Below, piece by piece: positions 1-8,958 of a DNA stretch of 64,000 bases. The position numbers and the translations under genes were made by a program. This DNA comes from Candidatus Eiseniibacteriota bacterium (lineage in GTDB: Bacteria > Eisenbacteria > RBG-16-71-46 > SZUA-252): positions 2,400,001 through 2,464,000 of the forward strand of contig OY969801.1 in assembly GCA_963703225.1 (NCBI GenBank), written 5' to 3'. The notes beneath the pieces are model-generated. The model ran no database searches. It was not told where the DNA came from and was given only the letters and a program-made list of their open reading frames with translations. Numbering within the stretch: the stretch's first letter is position 1; each line of letters opens with the position of its first letter.

Positions 1-2
1 AT

Positions 3-194
3 TGGAAGAAGCGGGACCCCGTCCCGAGATACGAGAAAGTCTTGATGGAGCGCGGCATCATCGACGACGCGCACAAGCAGTCGACGCTCCAGAGGATCGA
101 GCGGGAGATCGAGGAGGCGATCGAGTTCGCGGAGAAGAGCCCGCACCCCGACCCCGAGGAGATTCTGGAGGACGTCTACGCCCCGCTCGGCTAG
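3..194 (+). CDS. 2-oxoacid dehydrogenase E1 alpha subunit, C-terminal fragment (runs off window start)
   Basis: Frame from nt 3 reads WKKRDPVPRYEKVLMERGII...IEEAIEFAEKSPHPDPEEILEDVYAPLG*, the typical E1-alpha C-terminus; lies upstream of E1 beta/E2. Not in ORF track. Confidence 0.88.
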   Translation, partial: WKKRDPVPRYEKVLMERGIIDDAHKQSTLQRIEREIEEAIEFAEKSPHPDPEEILEDVYAPLG

Positions 195-225
195 CGCCCA
201 GGGCAAGACCCCCCGCGATTCGCGG

Positions 226-693
226 GTGGACATGGTGCAGCTCGTTCTGCCGAACGATGCCAACACTCTGGGGAACGTGCTGGGCGGGATGGTGTTGCAC
301 TGGGTCGACCTGGCCGCCGCCGTCGTGGCGCATCGCCACTGCCGGTCCGAGGCGGTGACCGCGTCGATCGATCAGGTCTCGTTCTTGGCGCCGATCCGGG
401 TGGGCCAGCTGGCGGTCATCGCGGCCCGCATGACATACGCCGGCCGGACCTCGATGGAGATCCGGGTCGACGTCGAGTGCGAGGATCTCATGACGGGCGC
501 GCGGAACCGGACGAGCACCGCCTACGTGACGTTCGTAGCCATCGACAAGAAGGGGCGGCCGAAGCCGGTGCCGCCGTTGATTTCGGAGACCGAAGAAGAT
601 CGGCGAGAAGCCCGCGCCGCGAAGGCGAGACGCGCCCTGCGGCTGAAAGGGCGGACCGCGAACGAGCCGCCATTGGAGAAAGCGCACCGATGA
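226..693 (+). CDS. Acyl-CoA thioesterase (hotdog fold, YciA-like)
   Basis: VLPNDANTLGNVLGG..L.WVD, GRTSMEI.V, YVTFVAID motifs. Confidence 0.9.
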   Translation: MDMVQLVLPNDANTLGNVLGGMVLHWVDLAAAVVAHRHCRSEAVTASIDQVSFLAPIRVGQLAVIAARMTYAGRTSMEIRVDVECEDLMTGARNRTSTAYVTFVAIDKKGRPKPVPPLISETEEDRREARAAKARRALRLKGRTANEPPLEKAHR

Positions 694-1721
694 AGACTAT
701 GGAACGAAGCCATGCACCCGCGGCTGGATCGGCGGACGTGAAAACGATGACCCTGATCGAGGCCATCACCCAGGGCCTCGCCGAGGAGATGGAGAGGGAC
801 GAGCGGATCTTCCTGATCGGGGAAGACATCGCGAGCTACGGCGGGGTTTTCAAGGCGACCAAGGGCCTTTACGAGCGGTTCGGCCCGATGCGCGTGATCG
901 ACAGCCCCATCTCCGAGAACTTCCTCGTGCAGGGGATGGTCGGGGCCGCGATCGCGGGCTTGATCCCCTCCCCCGAGATCCAGTTTGACGACTTCATCTC
1001 GCTCTCGATGGACGGCATCGTGGAGCATGCTGCCAAGATGCGATACCGCTCGGGCGGCATGTTCACCTGCCCGATGGTCATCCGCTGCTGCTACGGCGGC
1101 GCGGTGGGCGGCGGCATCTATCATTCCCAGTCGAACGCCTCCTGGTTCATGCACGCGCCGGGCCTCGTGGTGGTGACCCCGTCGACTCCCCATGATGCGA
1201 AGGGGCTCCTCAAGTCCGCGTTCCGCGGCCAGAACCCGGTGCTCTACTACGAGCACAAGCGGCTCTACCGCACCGTCAAGGGCCCGGTCCCGCAGCACGA
1301 CTACACCGTGCCGCTCGGCAAGGCGACCATCGTGCGGGAAGGCCACCACGTCACGGTCGTTTCGTACGCGCTCATGCTTCATCGCTCGCTGGAGGCCGCC
1401 GAGAAGCTCGCGGCGGAAGGGATCGAGGTCGAGGTCGTGGATCTCCGCACCCTCGTGCCCTACGACAAGGAGACGATCCTCGCGTCGGTCGAGAAGACGG
1501 CGCGGGCCGTGGTCGTCTACGAGAGCTCGAAGACGATGGGGGTCGGCGCGGAGATCGGCGCGATGATCGCGGAAGAAGGGTTTGGATTCCTCGACGCGCC
1601 CGTCCGCCGCGTATCGCCGCCCGACGCGCCCCAGGAGCCGTTCGCGCCGGTCCTGGCCGAACACTATTTGCCCGATGCCAACCGGATCGCCCAGGCGATC
1701 CGCGAAACGGTCGCCTATTAG
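690..1721 (+). CDS. 2-oxoacid (probably branched-chain) dehydrogenase E1 beta subunit
   Basis: GEDI..YGGVFKATKGL, DSPISE, EIQF.DF, YHSQS, DAKGLL motifs; ATG at 690 overlaps thioesterase stop (ATGA). Confidence 0.93.
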   Translation: MKTMERSHAPAAGSADVKTMTLIEAITQGLAEEMERDERIFLIGEDIASYGGVFKATKGLYERFGPMRVIDSPISENFLVQGMVGAAIAGLIPSPEIQFDDFISLSMDGIVEHAAKMRYRSGGMFTCPMVIRCCYGGAVGGGIYHSQSNASWFMHAPGLVVVTPSTPHDAKGLLKSAFRGQNPVLYYEHKRLYRTVKGPVPQHDYTVPLGKATIVREGHHVTVVSYALMLHRSLEAAEKLAAEGIEVEVVDLRTLVPYDKETILASVEKTARAVVVYESSKTMGVGAEIGAMIAEEGFGFLDAPVRRVSPPDAPQEPFAPVLAEHYLPDANRIAQAIRETVAY

Positions 1722-1754
1722 CCCGGCCCCTTCGGGCCGGAGTCGGAGGAAGGG

Positions 1755-3143
1755 ATGCCCGTCACCATCGTAGTGCCGCAGCTCGGCGAGAGCGTGGTCG
1801 AGGGCACGATCGGCAAGTGGCTGAAGAAGGTCGGAGATCCGATCGCCAAGGATGAGCCGATCGTCGAGATCATCACCGATAAGATCAACATCGAGCTGCC
1901 CGCTCCGTCCGCCGGAACGCTGGGGCAGATCGCGGTGGCGGAAGGCGTCGTGGCCCAGGTGGGCGATACGCTGGGGGTGATCCTGGGCCCCGGCGAGTCG
2001 CTCCCCGCCGGCGGCGGCGCCAAGGCACCGGCCGCATCGGGAGGAACCACGGCGGCCAGTCCGAGCACGCCCGCGCCCAGCGCCGCATCCAGCGGCTCCG
2101 CACCGGCGCCCTCGCGGCCCGCGCCGGCGCCCGTCATGAGCGGCACCGCCGTGGCATCCGCCGTCGCCAGCGCGCCCTCCACCGATGGGATGCGTCTCTC
2201 GCCCGCGGTTCGAAAGCTCGCCAAGGAGAATAACCTCGACGTTTCGCAGATCCGCGGCTCGGGAATGGGGGGCCGTGTGACCCGCGAGGACGTCCTTTCG
2301 CACCTGGACGCGCGGCGGGTCGCCGTCTCCGCCGGCATCGGCGCCGTCGCACCGGGCCTGGCACCCCTGCCCGCATCCGTGCCCGCGCCGCCCAAGCCGC
2401 TGGCGCCGATTCCCGCTCCCGCTTTCAGCGCCCCCGGGTCGCGCGAAGTCGAGGTGCGCCCGCTCACGAACATCCGCAAGAAGATCGCGGAGAACATGGT
2501 CCGCTCGCGCCACACCACGGCCCACTGCTCGACCTGGGACGAGGTGGACATGACCGCGCTGGTGGAGCTCCGGGGACGGCTCAAGGAGAAGGTCAAGAGC
2601 CAATACGGGCTCCATCTCACCTACATGCCGTTCATCATGCGGGCCGTGACCCGGGCTCTCAAGGAGTACCCGGTCCTGAACGCTTCGATGACGGAGACCG
2701 AGGTCCACTACAAGAAGTACTACAACATCGGCGTGGCGGTGCACCGCGACCAGGGGTTGATCGTGCCGGTCGTGCACGACGCGGACCGAAAGAACCTGCT
2801 CCAGCTCTCCGCCGAGATCGAAAACCTGGGAGCCCGCGCGCGTGCCGACAAGCTCACCCTGGATGACATCCAGGGCGGGACGTTCACGATCACGAACGCG
2901 GGCATGTTCGGAGCGACCGCGTCCACCCCCATCATCAACTACCCGGAAGCCGCCATTCTAGGCGTGCACTTGATCCAGGAGCGAGCCGTGGTTCGGGACC
3001 ACAGAGTCCAGATCCGGTGGATGATGACTCTGGTCATCTCCTTCGATCACCGGTTGGTCGACGGAACGCCCGCCGTGATGTTCCTCCACCGCGTCAAGGA
3101 GCTGCTCGAGGACCCGGATAGCTGGCTCCTAGACTCCATTTGA
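1755..3143 (+). CDS. Dihydrolipoamide acyltransferase E2
   Basis: Lipoyl domain (TDKI), Ala/Pro linker, E3-binding SPAVRKLA...GSG.GGRVT, catalytic DHRLVDG. Confidence 0.95.
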   Translation: MPVTIVVPQLGESVVEGTIGKWLKKVGDPIAKDEPIVEIITDKINIELPAPSAGTLGQIAVAEGVVAQVGDTLGVILGPGESLPAGGGAKAPAASGGTTAASPSTPAPSAASSGSAPAPSRPAPAPVMSGTAVASAVASAPSTDGMRLSPAVRKLAKENNLDVSQIRGSGMGGRVTREDVLSHLDARRVAVSAGIGAVAPGLAPLPASVPAPPKPLAPIPAPAFSAPGSREVEVRPLTNIRKKIAENMVRSRHTTAHCSTWDEVDMTALVELRGRLKEKVKSQYGLHLTYMPFIMRAVTRALKEYPVLNASMTETEVHYKKYYNIGVAVHRDQGLIVPVVHDADRKNLLQLSAEIENLGARARADKLTLDDIQGGTFTITNAGMFGATASTPIINYPEAAILGVHLIQERAVVRDHRVQIRWMMTLVISFDHRLVDGTPAVMFLHRVKELLEDPDSWLLDSI

Positions 3144-3856
3144 TGCCCCGCGCGATTCCGGTCTACGACCTGGGCCTTGTCCCCTACCGCGCGGCCCTCG
3201 CCTTCCAGCACCGCGCGGTTGAAATCCGCTCCCACGGCGACTCCTCCGACGCCCTCTACATAGTCGAGCACGAGCCCGTCCTTACCGTCGGTCGGTCGGG
3301 ACAGGGCGAAAGCCTCCGCGCGGGTTCGGCCGAGCTTTCGCGCCGCGGCATCGAGGTGATCCCGGTCGAGCGCGGCGGGGACGTGACCTACCACGGCCCA
3401 GGCCAGATCGTGGGGTACCCGATCGTTTCTCTGGACGGCCTTCCGGGCGGACGCGACCTCCACCGCTATCTGCGCGACATCGAGCAGGCGTTGATCGATT
3501 GCCTGGGCGCGCTTGGGATGGCGGCGGAGCGCCGCCCCCCCTACACCGGCGTCTGGGTAGGTGAACAAAAGGTCGCAGCGATCGGCGTCGCGGTGCGGCG
3601 ATGGGTGACGTTCCACGGATTCGCGCTCAACCTCGACCCCGATCTGAGCCACTTCGACCTCATCCATCCGTGCGGAATCCGACACCTCGGCGTCGCGTCG
3701 ATCCGGTCGTTGCTCGGGCAGGCACCGCCGCGAGAGACGGTTCTCGCCCACCTGGCCGCCGCGTTTTCGCGAATCTGGGAGCGCCCGGTAGTCTATCCGG
3801 CGCCCCTGGAGTCGATCCCGGACGTCGAGCTGCCCGCCGGGGCCTCCCATGTCTGA
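3143..3856 (+). CDS. lipB: Lipoyl(octanoyl) transferase
   Basis: EH.PV.T.G, RGGDVTYHGPGQ.VGYP, KVAAIG, HGFALN, PCG motifs. Confidence 0.95.
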   Translation: MPRAIPVYDLGLVPYRAALAFQHRAVEIRSHGDSSDALYIVEHEPVLTVGRSGQGESLRAGSAELSRRGIEVIPVERGGDVTYHGPGQIVGYPIVSLDGLPGGRDLHRYLRDIEQALIDCLGALGMAAERRPPYTGVWVGEQKVAAIGVAVRRWVTFHGFALNLDPDLSHFDLIHPCGIRHLGVASIRSLLGQAPPRETVLAHLAAAFSRIWERPVVYPAPLESIPDVELPAGASHV

Positions 3857-5267
3857 CGCGAAGGAGGAGGCCGCCTCCGGCACGCGCGTGGAACGCGATT
3901 CCCTCGGCCCACTCGAAGTCCCCGCCAGCGCCTACTACGGCGTCCAGACGGCGAGGGCGGTCGCCAACTTCCCGATCAGCGGCGAACGACTGCACGTGGA
4001 GATGGTGCGCGCGGTGGCGCGGATCAAGATCGCCGCCGCGCGCGCCAACGCCGAGCTCGGCGAGCTGGATTCCAAGAAGGCCGACGCGATCGTCGCCGCC
4101 GCGGAGGAAATCCTCGCCGGCAAGTACGACGATCAGTTCGTGGTCGACGCCTATCAGGCGGGAGCCGGCACCTCGTTTCACATGAACGTGAACGAGGTGA
4201 TCGCGAACCGCGCCTGCGAGCTGCTGGGCGGGAAGCGGGGCGACTCGGCGCTCGTCCACCCGAACGACCACGTCAACATGGCGCAGTCGACGAACGACGT
4301 GATCCCCACCGCCATCCGCCTGGCGGCCCACGACCTCTCGGGTCCCCTGCTTGAAGAGCTGGGCGCCCTCGCCAAGTCTTTCGACCGGAAAGCCGAGGAG
4401 TTTGCCCACCTCCTCAAGTCAGGCCGCACCCACCTTCAGGACGCCGTCCCCATCACGCTGGGACAGGAATTCTCGGGCTACCGGGAGTGCGTTCTTGGAT
4501 GGAGGTCGTCCGTCGAGAAGAGCCGAGAGGGGCTCCTGGCACTCGGCCTGGGGGGTAACGCCGTCGGCACGGGAATCAACGCGCATCCGAAGTACCGCGA
4601 GCGCGCCGTCGCGCACCTGGCCAAGCTGACCGGTACGCCCTATCGCTCCGCTACAAACCTGTTCGAAGCGATGCAGAGCATGGCGCCATTCGTGCGCGTA
4701 TCGAACGACCTGCGGGGTTTCGCGCTCGATCTCACTCGGATCGCGAACGACCTGCGGCTCCTGGCCAGCGGGCCGACCACGGGACTCGACGAGATCGTAT
4801 TGCCGGCGGTTCAGCCAGGCTCCTCGATCATGCCAGGCAAGGTCAACCCGGTCATCGCGGAGATGGCCAACATGGCCGCCTATCAGGTGCTTGGATACGA
4901 CACCACCGTCGCCTACGCGGCGCAGGCGGGCCAGCTGGAGCTGAACGTGATGATGCCCGTCCTGGCCCACAATCTGCTTCGCTCGCTGGCGCTCCTCACG
5001 CCGACGCTCCGCGTGCTCCGCACCAAGTGCGTGGATGGCATCACCGCGAACGAGGAGATCTGCCGCCGCTACTTCGATCGATCGATCTCGCTGGCGACCG
5101 CCCTGAATCCCTACATCGGCTACGCCAGGGCGGCGGAGGTGGCCAAGGAAGCGGCCCAGACGGGGAAAACCGTCGTGGAGATCGTGCGGGAGAGAAAACT
5201 TCTCACCGAGGAACAGATCGCCAAGGTCTTCTCGCCGGAGGCGATGACCAACCCGGCCGTCCGCTAG
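3849..5267 (+). CDS. aspA: Aspartate ammonia-lyase (class II fumarase/aspartase family)
   Basis: HPNDHVNMAQSTND, GRTHLQDAVP, QPGSSIMPGKVNPV signature (Q...V form is aspartase-like; fumarase C not excluded). Confidence 0.78.
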   Translation: MSDAKEEAASGTRVERDSLGPLEVPASAYYGVQTARAVANFPISGERLHVEMVRAVARIKIAAARANAELGELDSKKADAIVAAAEEILAGKYDDQFVVDAYQAGAGTSFHMNVNEVIANRACELLGGKRGDSALVHPNDHVNMAQSTNDVIPTAIRLAAHDLSGPLLEELGALAKSFDRKAEEFAHLLKSGRTHLQDAVPITLGQEFSGYRECVLGWRSSVEKSREGLLALGLGGNAVGTGINAHPKYRERAVAHLAKLTGTPYRSATNLFEAMQSMAPFVRVSNDLRGFALDLTRIANDLRLLASGPTTGLDEIVLPAVQPGSSIMPGKVNPVIAEMANMAAYQVLGYDTTVAYAAQAGQLELNVMMPVLAHNLLRSLALLTPTLRVLRTKCVDGITANEEICRRYFDRSISLATALNPYIGYARAAEVAKEAAQTGKTVVEIVRERKLLTEEQIAKVFSPEAMTNPAVR

Positions 5268-5312
5268 ACGGCCGCGCCCTCCGCCGGCCGGCGATCCATC
5301 AGCGGCCGACTC

Positions 5313-5936
5313 CTACAACTCGAACCCCAACCCGGCGCGAACCTGAACGTTGTTTGTGTTCTCCATGTTGTTCAGGTTGTTCCCTGGAACCACCTGGTAG
5401 GTCCCCGTGACGTTCAGTCGAGTCCGGGGCCCGACCGGGTAGCCCAACCCGGCGCCGACCTGGTACCCGAACTCGGAGCTTTGATCTCCGGATTCCAGCG
5501 CGATCACCCCGTTATCGAACGCGTAATCCCAGGAGAGGCGATACCATCCTGCCCCGCCCTGCGCGAAAAAGCTCGGCCCCACGGTAGCACCCAAATTCAC
5601 ACGAAGAGCCGGATTGACGCGGACGATATGGGACGAGAACTTCTCGTGAAACGTCGTCGCCGTGAGCACGTCGTACGTCTCGGCCTCGGCGGTACCCAAA
5701 TTGTCCATCGAGACCTCGGCTCCCCAGGAGACCATCGGGGTGATGGGCTTCCAGTAGGACGCGCCGAACGAAATGCTCCCGGCCATGGACGCCTCGCTTG
5801 TGCCCAGATTGGTCGAGCACTTCGCGAACCCCGCGTTCAGCTCCAGCGACCCCGCCCCCGACGCCTCGGCGCTTCCAGCGAGGACGGCGATGGCGACCAA
5901 CGCTCCCATCCAAGAGCGGTACCCTACGCGGATCAT
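5313..5936 (-). CDS. Outer membrane beta-barrel protein (OmpA/OmpW-like 8-strand)
   Basis: Signal peptide (AEA), alternating amphipathic strands, C-terminal VRAGLGFEL; AGAAGGGA RBS before ATG 5936. Confidence 0.75.
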   Translation of the reverse strand: MIRVGYRSWMGALVAIAVLAGSAEASGAGSLELNAGFAKCSTNLGTSEASMAGSISFGASYWKPITPMVSWGAEVSMDNLGTAEAETYDVLTATTFHEKFSSHIVRVNPALRVNLGATVGPSFFAQGGAGWYRLSWDYAFDNGVIALESGDQSSEFGYQVGAGLGYPVGPRTRLNVTGTYQVVPGNNLNNMENTNNVQVRAGLGFEL

Positions 5937-6047
5937 GTGGAGCCCATCCCTTCTCAGGACCAGCCTGCTTTCCCGGCTCAGGTCGAAGCGAAACGGGGTG
6001 GCGCCTCGCGGCACCACCCCGTCCGTCGTTCCAGATCTCGAATTCGA

Positions 6048-6643
6048 CTACAGGCCGAAGCCGACGCCCGCCTTGAACTCGAGGTAGTTCGTGTTGTCAC
6101 GCGTCGGTCGAAACTCGAGTGCTACTGGCCCATGACGTTCATCTTGGTCTTCGGACCGACCGGGAAGCCCACGCCGGCGCCGAGGTTGAAGCCGAACTTG
6201 CCATCGCTGGCGTCTCGACGTCGCCGAGAACGCTGTCTCTCGATCGTTCGAGCGACACGTTGTAGTAGCCCGCGCCACCCTGAGCGAAGAAGTTCGGGCC
6301 CACCATCGAGCCGAAGTTCGCGCGAATTGCCGGGTTGATGCGGAAGACGCTAGCCGAGAACGCTCGCTCGTCGTCGCCGTTAGTCGATCAGTCGACCGGA
6401 ACCGAGGTTGTCGTACGAGACCTCAGCACCCCACTGGACGGTCGGGGACGCAGAGCGCCAGTAGGCGGCACCAAACGAAATTCCGCCGCCCATGGACTCG
6501 TCGTTCCCCGTGACGTCGGTCGAGGACTTGGCGTAGCCGGCGTTGATTTCCATCGTGCCGACCGGGCCGGCCACCGCGGCCGAGGCAAACGCCGCCACAC
6601 AGAACACCGTCACGAGAACCAAGGTCAGATGAATCCGCTTCAT
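6048..6643 (-). CDS. Outer membrane beta-barrel paralog, frameshifted in this sequence
   Basis: N-term MKRIHLTLVL...EINAGYAK...GGISFGAAYW...WGAEVSYDNLG aligns with the neighbour; C-term NTNYLEFKAGVGFGL* is in another frame; GGAGG RBS. Several indels between about 6100 and 6400. Confidence 0.7.
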
Positions 6644-6752
6644 AGTGCTTCCCCCTCCGTTATAGGTACGACTGTGAACTCCGCCCAAACCCTGGGGCCG
6701 GTTGCCGCGGCCTCCCTGGCCGTATCGGGCCCCATTCCCGTGCTCCGGCCTA

Positions 6753-6780
6753 TGATCGGCAGCCTCTGGGGGAAACTTGA
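6753..6780 (-). promoter_or_regulatory. Putative sigma-28 (FliA/SigD)-type promoter for the OMP pair
   Basis: Minus strand TCAAGTTT-N12-GCCGATCA, about 110 nt upstream of the 6643 start. Confidence 0.5.
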
Positions 6781-6842
6781 GACCAACGACGAGACTTTGG
6801 CGGAAGAAGCGGGGTTGGTTTAAGCCGTTGTCTCAGTGATAG

Positions 6843-8120
6843 TTACGCCTCTGGAATTTCCACTTCGGCGCGCGGAACGCTGGCTTCCTCGACATTCCTG
6901 AAGAAGATCCAATAGAGGATCGATGCGGCCACATAGAGCGCCGCGGCGATGAGGAGCGGCTCTGCGTAGCCCTTTCGCTCGATCAGCGCGCCCCCGATGT
7001 CGGCGCTCACGCTCCATGAGAGGAACCAGGAGAGGGAAAGGAGGCTGTTCGTGATGGCGTGGTCGCGCTCGGGCACGACCTCCATCGCGAAGTGGGAGAC
7101 GAGCGGCTGATTCATGTTCATGATCGCGCTCCGCAGAAAGAACGAGGCCGCGACCAGGGGGAAATTGGTCGAGATCGCGAGCACCACCATGAACGGGACC
7201 GAGAGGAGCTGGGTCGCGACCACGCCCCCGACCAGCCCCAGCCGCCGCGAGATCGCCGGACCGAAAAAGTTGCCCAAGACCATGAATCCCTGCATCACGC
7301 TGAAGAGGATCCCGATCTGCGCCTCGGCCAGCCCGAACCGGTCCCGGAAGTAGAGGTTCAGGAACGGGATGATCAGCCCGGCCCCCAGCCCGATGAGCGC
7401 CGCGGGAAGGATCAGCTTGAGATGAAGGCTCCAGTTAATTTCCAATATTTCGCGGAGCTGCTCCAGCGGTCCCGGCGGCGGGAGCGCGCCCGGCTCCGCC
7501 CGCTCCCGCATGGCGGCGAAGGGTAGAGCGGAGAGAAGCGTCAAGCCGCAGCCGGCGAAGAGCGTCCACCGGAGCGTGTCCTGGTCGACGTCGGTGAAGG
7601 AACGGAAGAAGTGCGGCAGGGCGCCCCCCACGATCGACCCGACGATCGCGGCGGCAAAAACCGCGCCGAATGCCGCGCTGAAGAGGAACGGGCGAGCGCC
7701 GGACGTTGTCTCTCGCATCACGACCGGAGCGATCGAGAGGCGGAACAGGGTAATGACCATTCCGGTCAGGAACGCGGCGAGAAGGAGAGCCTCGGGAGCG
7801 GTAAGGGTGGCCTGGAGCACGTAGCCGGCCGCCGTGAGCGCGCCCGCGAGGACCAGGAGCGTGCGGGCCGGGATGCGCCGAAAGAGAAAGGCGGCGGGCA
7901 GCGCCGCCACCGCGGCGCCGATCGATACCTTGGAGAGAATCTGGCCGATGGCGGAGTCGGAGAGGCCGAGCGTTCGCAGGTAGAGATTGAAGATGAGCGA
8001 GAAGACGGACTGGCCGAGGCCGAAGAGAAAGATGCCGCAGAGATAGAGTTTGGGATTTCTCCCGGAATTCCTGACCTGCGAGACGTACTCTCGAAGCGCG
8101 CTTCCGATTCCTGCGACCAT
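6843..8120 (-). CDS. MFS transporter
   Basis: About 12 hydrophobic segments, FSLIFNLYL and IIPFLNLYF repeats; ATG at 8120 overlaps the upstream TGA (ORF-track N-extension is spurious). Confidence 0.88.
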   Translation of the reverse strand: MVAGIGSALREYVSQVRNSGRNPKLYLCGIFLFGLGQSVFSLIFNLYLRTLGLSDSAIGQILSKVSIGAAVAALPAAFLFRRIPARTLLVLAGALTAAGYVLQATLTAPEALLLAAFLTGMVITLFRLSIAPVVMRETTSGARPFLFSAAFGAVFAAAIVGSIVGGALPHFFRSFTDVDQDTLRWTLFAGCGLTLLSALPFAAMRERAEPGALPPPGPLEQLREILEINWSLHLKLILPAALIGLGAGLIIPFLNLYFRDRFGLAEAQIGILFSVMQGFMVLGNFFGPAISRRLGLVGGVVATQLLSVPFMVVLAISTNFPLVAASFFLRSAIMNMNQPLVSHFAMEVVPERDHAITNSLLSLSWFLSWSVSADIGGALIERKGYAEPLLIAAALYVAASILYWIFFRNVEEASVPRAEVEIPEA

Positions 8121-8938
8121 CAGAACCGGCCCCGCGCCCGCTCCTTGGCGGGGAGGATTTCGAGGCAGGTGGTCCACCACCCGGTCCGGATCGTCTCGAT
8201 GAACTCCGACGGCAGGCCCTCCTCTACCATTTCCTTCGCGAGCGCTTCCTGATCGTACGCGACCGGGATCAGCTCGGCCGCGTCGGCCCCGGCCGGAAGA
8301 AGCGCGTACCAAACCGCGGTGCGGCCATCGTTCGCGGGGCGGCCCACCGCCCCCACGTTGATGAACCGGCTTCCGTCGGGAAGAGCCCGCTGCCAGTGGA
8401 TCCCCGTGTGGGTGCAGAGGACCTGGTCGGCCTTTGCGTCCCGCGCCAGCCGCGCCAAGAAGACGTCGGACGACCCCGACTCCCACAGAAACTCGTTCAC
8501 CCGACGGGGAGAACCGTGGCAGAGGAGGTATCGCTTGCCGTTTCGCTGGAATCGGATCTCCGACGGCAGTCGCTCGAGCCACCGCCGCTCGCTCTCGGTG
8601 GTGCGCCGGTTGGTGTAGTCGTAGGAGAGCTGGGCGAAGTGGTTGTCGGCCGGATGGGTGTAGCCGCACCCGCAGTCGTTGCGTCGCTCGGCCAGCGAGC
8701 GGTCGTAGTTGCCGGCCATGGTCATGACCCCGAACTCTTCCAGGAGCGGGTAGATCTTGCCTGGATTGGGACCGAATCCCCCGAGGTCACCGAGGCAGAA
8801 GACTTTCTCTGCTCCCCGCGCGCGGGCGTCGGCCAGGACCGCGCGAAGCGCGACGTGGTTGTTGTAAGCGCCTCCGAGGAATGCGAGCGTCCCCTCGAGG
8901 CCTCCGCCATGACCGAGCAGAAGAGCCTCTCCCGACAC
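8120..8938 (-). CDS. Calcineurin-like metallophosphoesterase with degenerate first motif
   Basis: GGAYNN (in place of DxHGN), CLGDL, AGNYD, DCGCGY, CHGSP, CTHTGI, INVGAVG; GTG start at 8938 inferred. Confidence 0.85.
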   Translation of the reverse strand: MSGEALLLGHGGGLEGTLAFLGGAYNNHVALRAVLADARARGAEKVFCLGDLGGFGPNPGKIYPLLEEFGVMTMAGNYDRSLAERRNDCGCGYTHPADNHFAQLSYDYTNRRTTESERRWLERLPSEIRFQRNGKRYLLCHGSPRRVNEFLWESGSSDVFLARLARDAKADQVLCTHTGIHWQRALPDGSRFINVGAVGRPANDGRTAVWYALLPAGADAAELIPVAYDQEALAKEMVEEGLPSEFIETIRTGWWTTCLEILPAKERARGRF

Positions 8939-8958
8939 GCGGCCGCCCCCGGCCTCGT

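Noticed and set aside
1723..1740. CCGGCCC-CTTC-GGGCCGG hairpin as terminator
   Set aside because: No U-tract and it lies inside an operon just before the E2 RBS; at most an mRNA stability element
522..2777. 751-aa minus-strand ORF and many similar long antisense ORFs (e.g. 21072..22931, 34083..36308, 49316..51505)
   Set aside because: Shadow frames of well-supported genes in high-GC DNA; Arg/Gly/Pro-rich with no motifs
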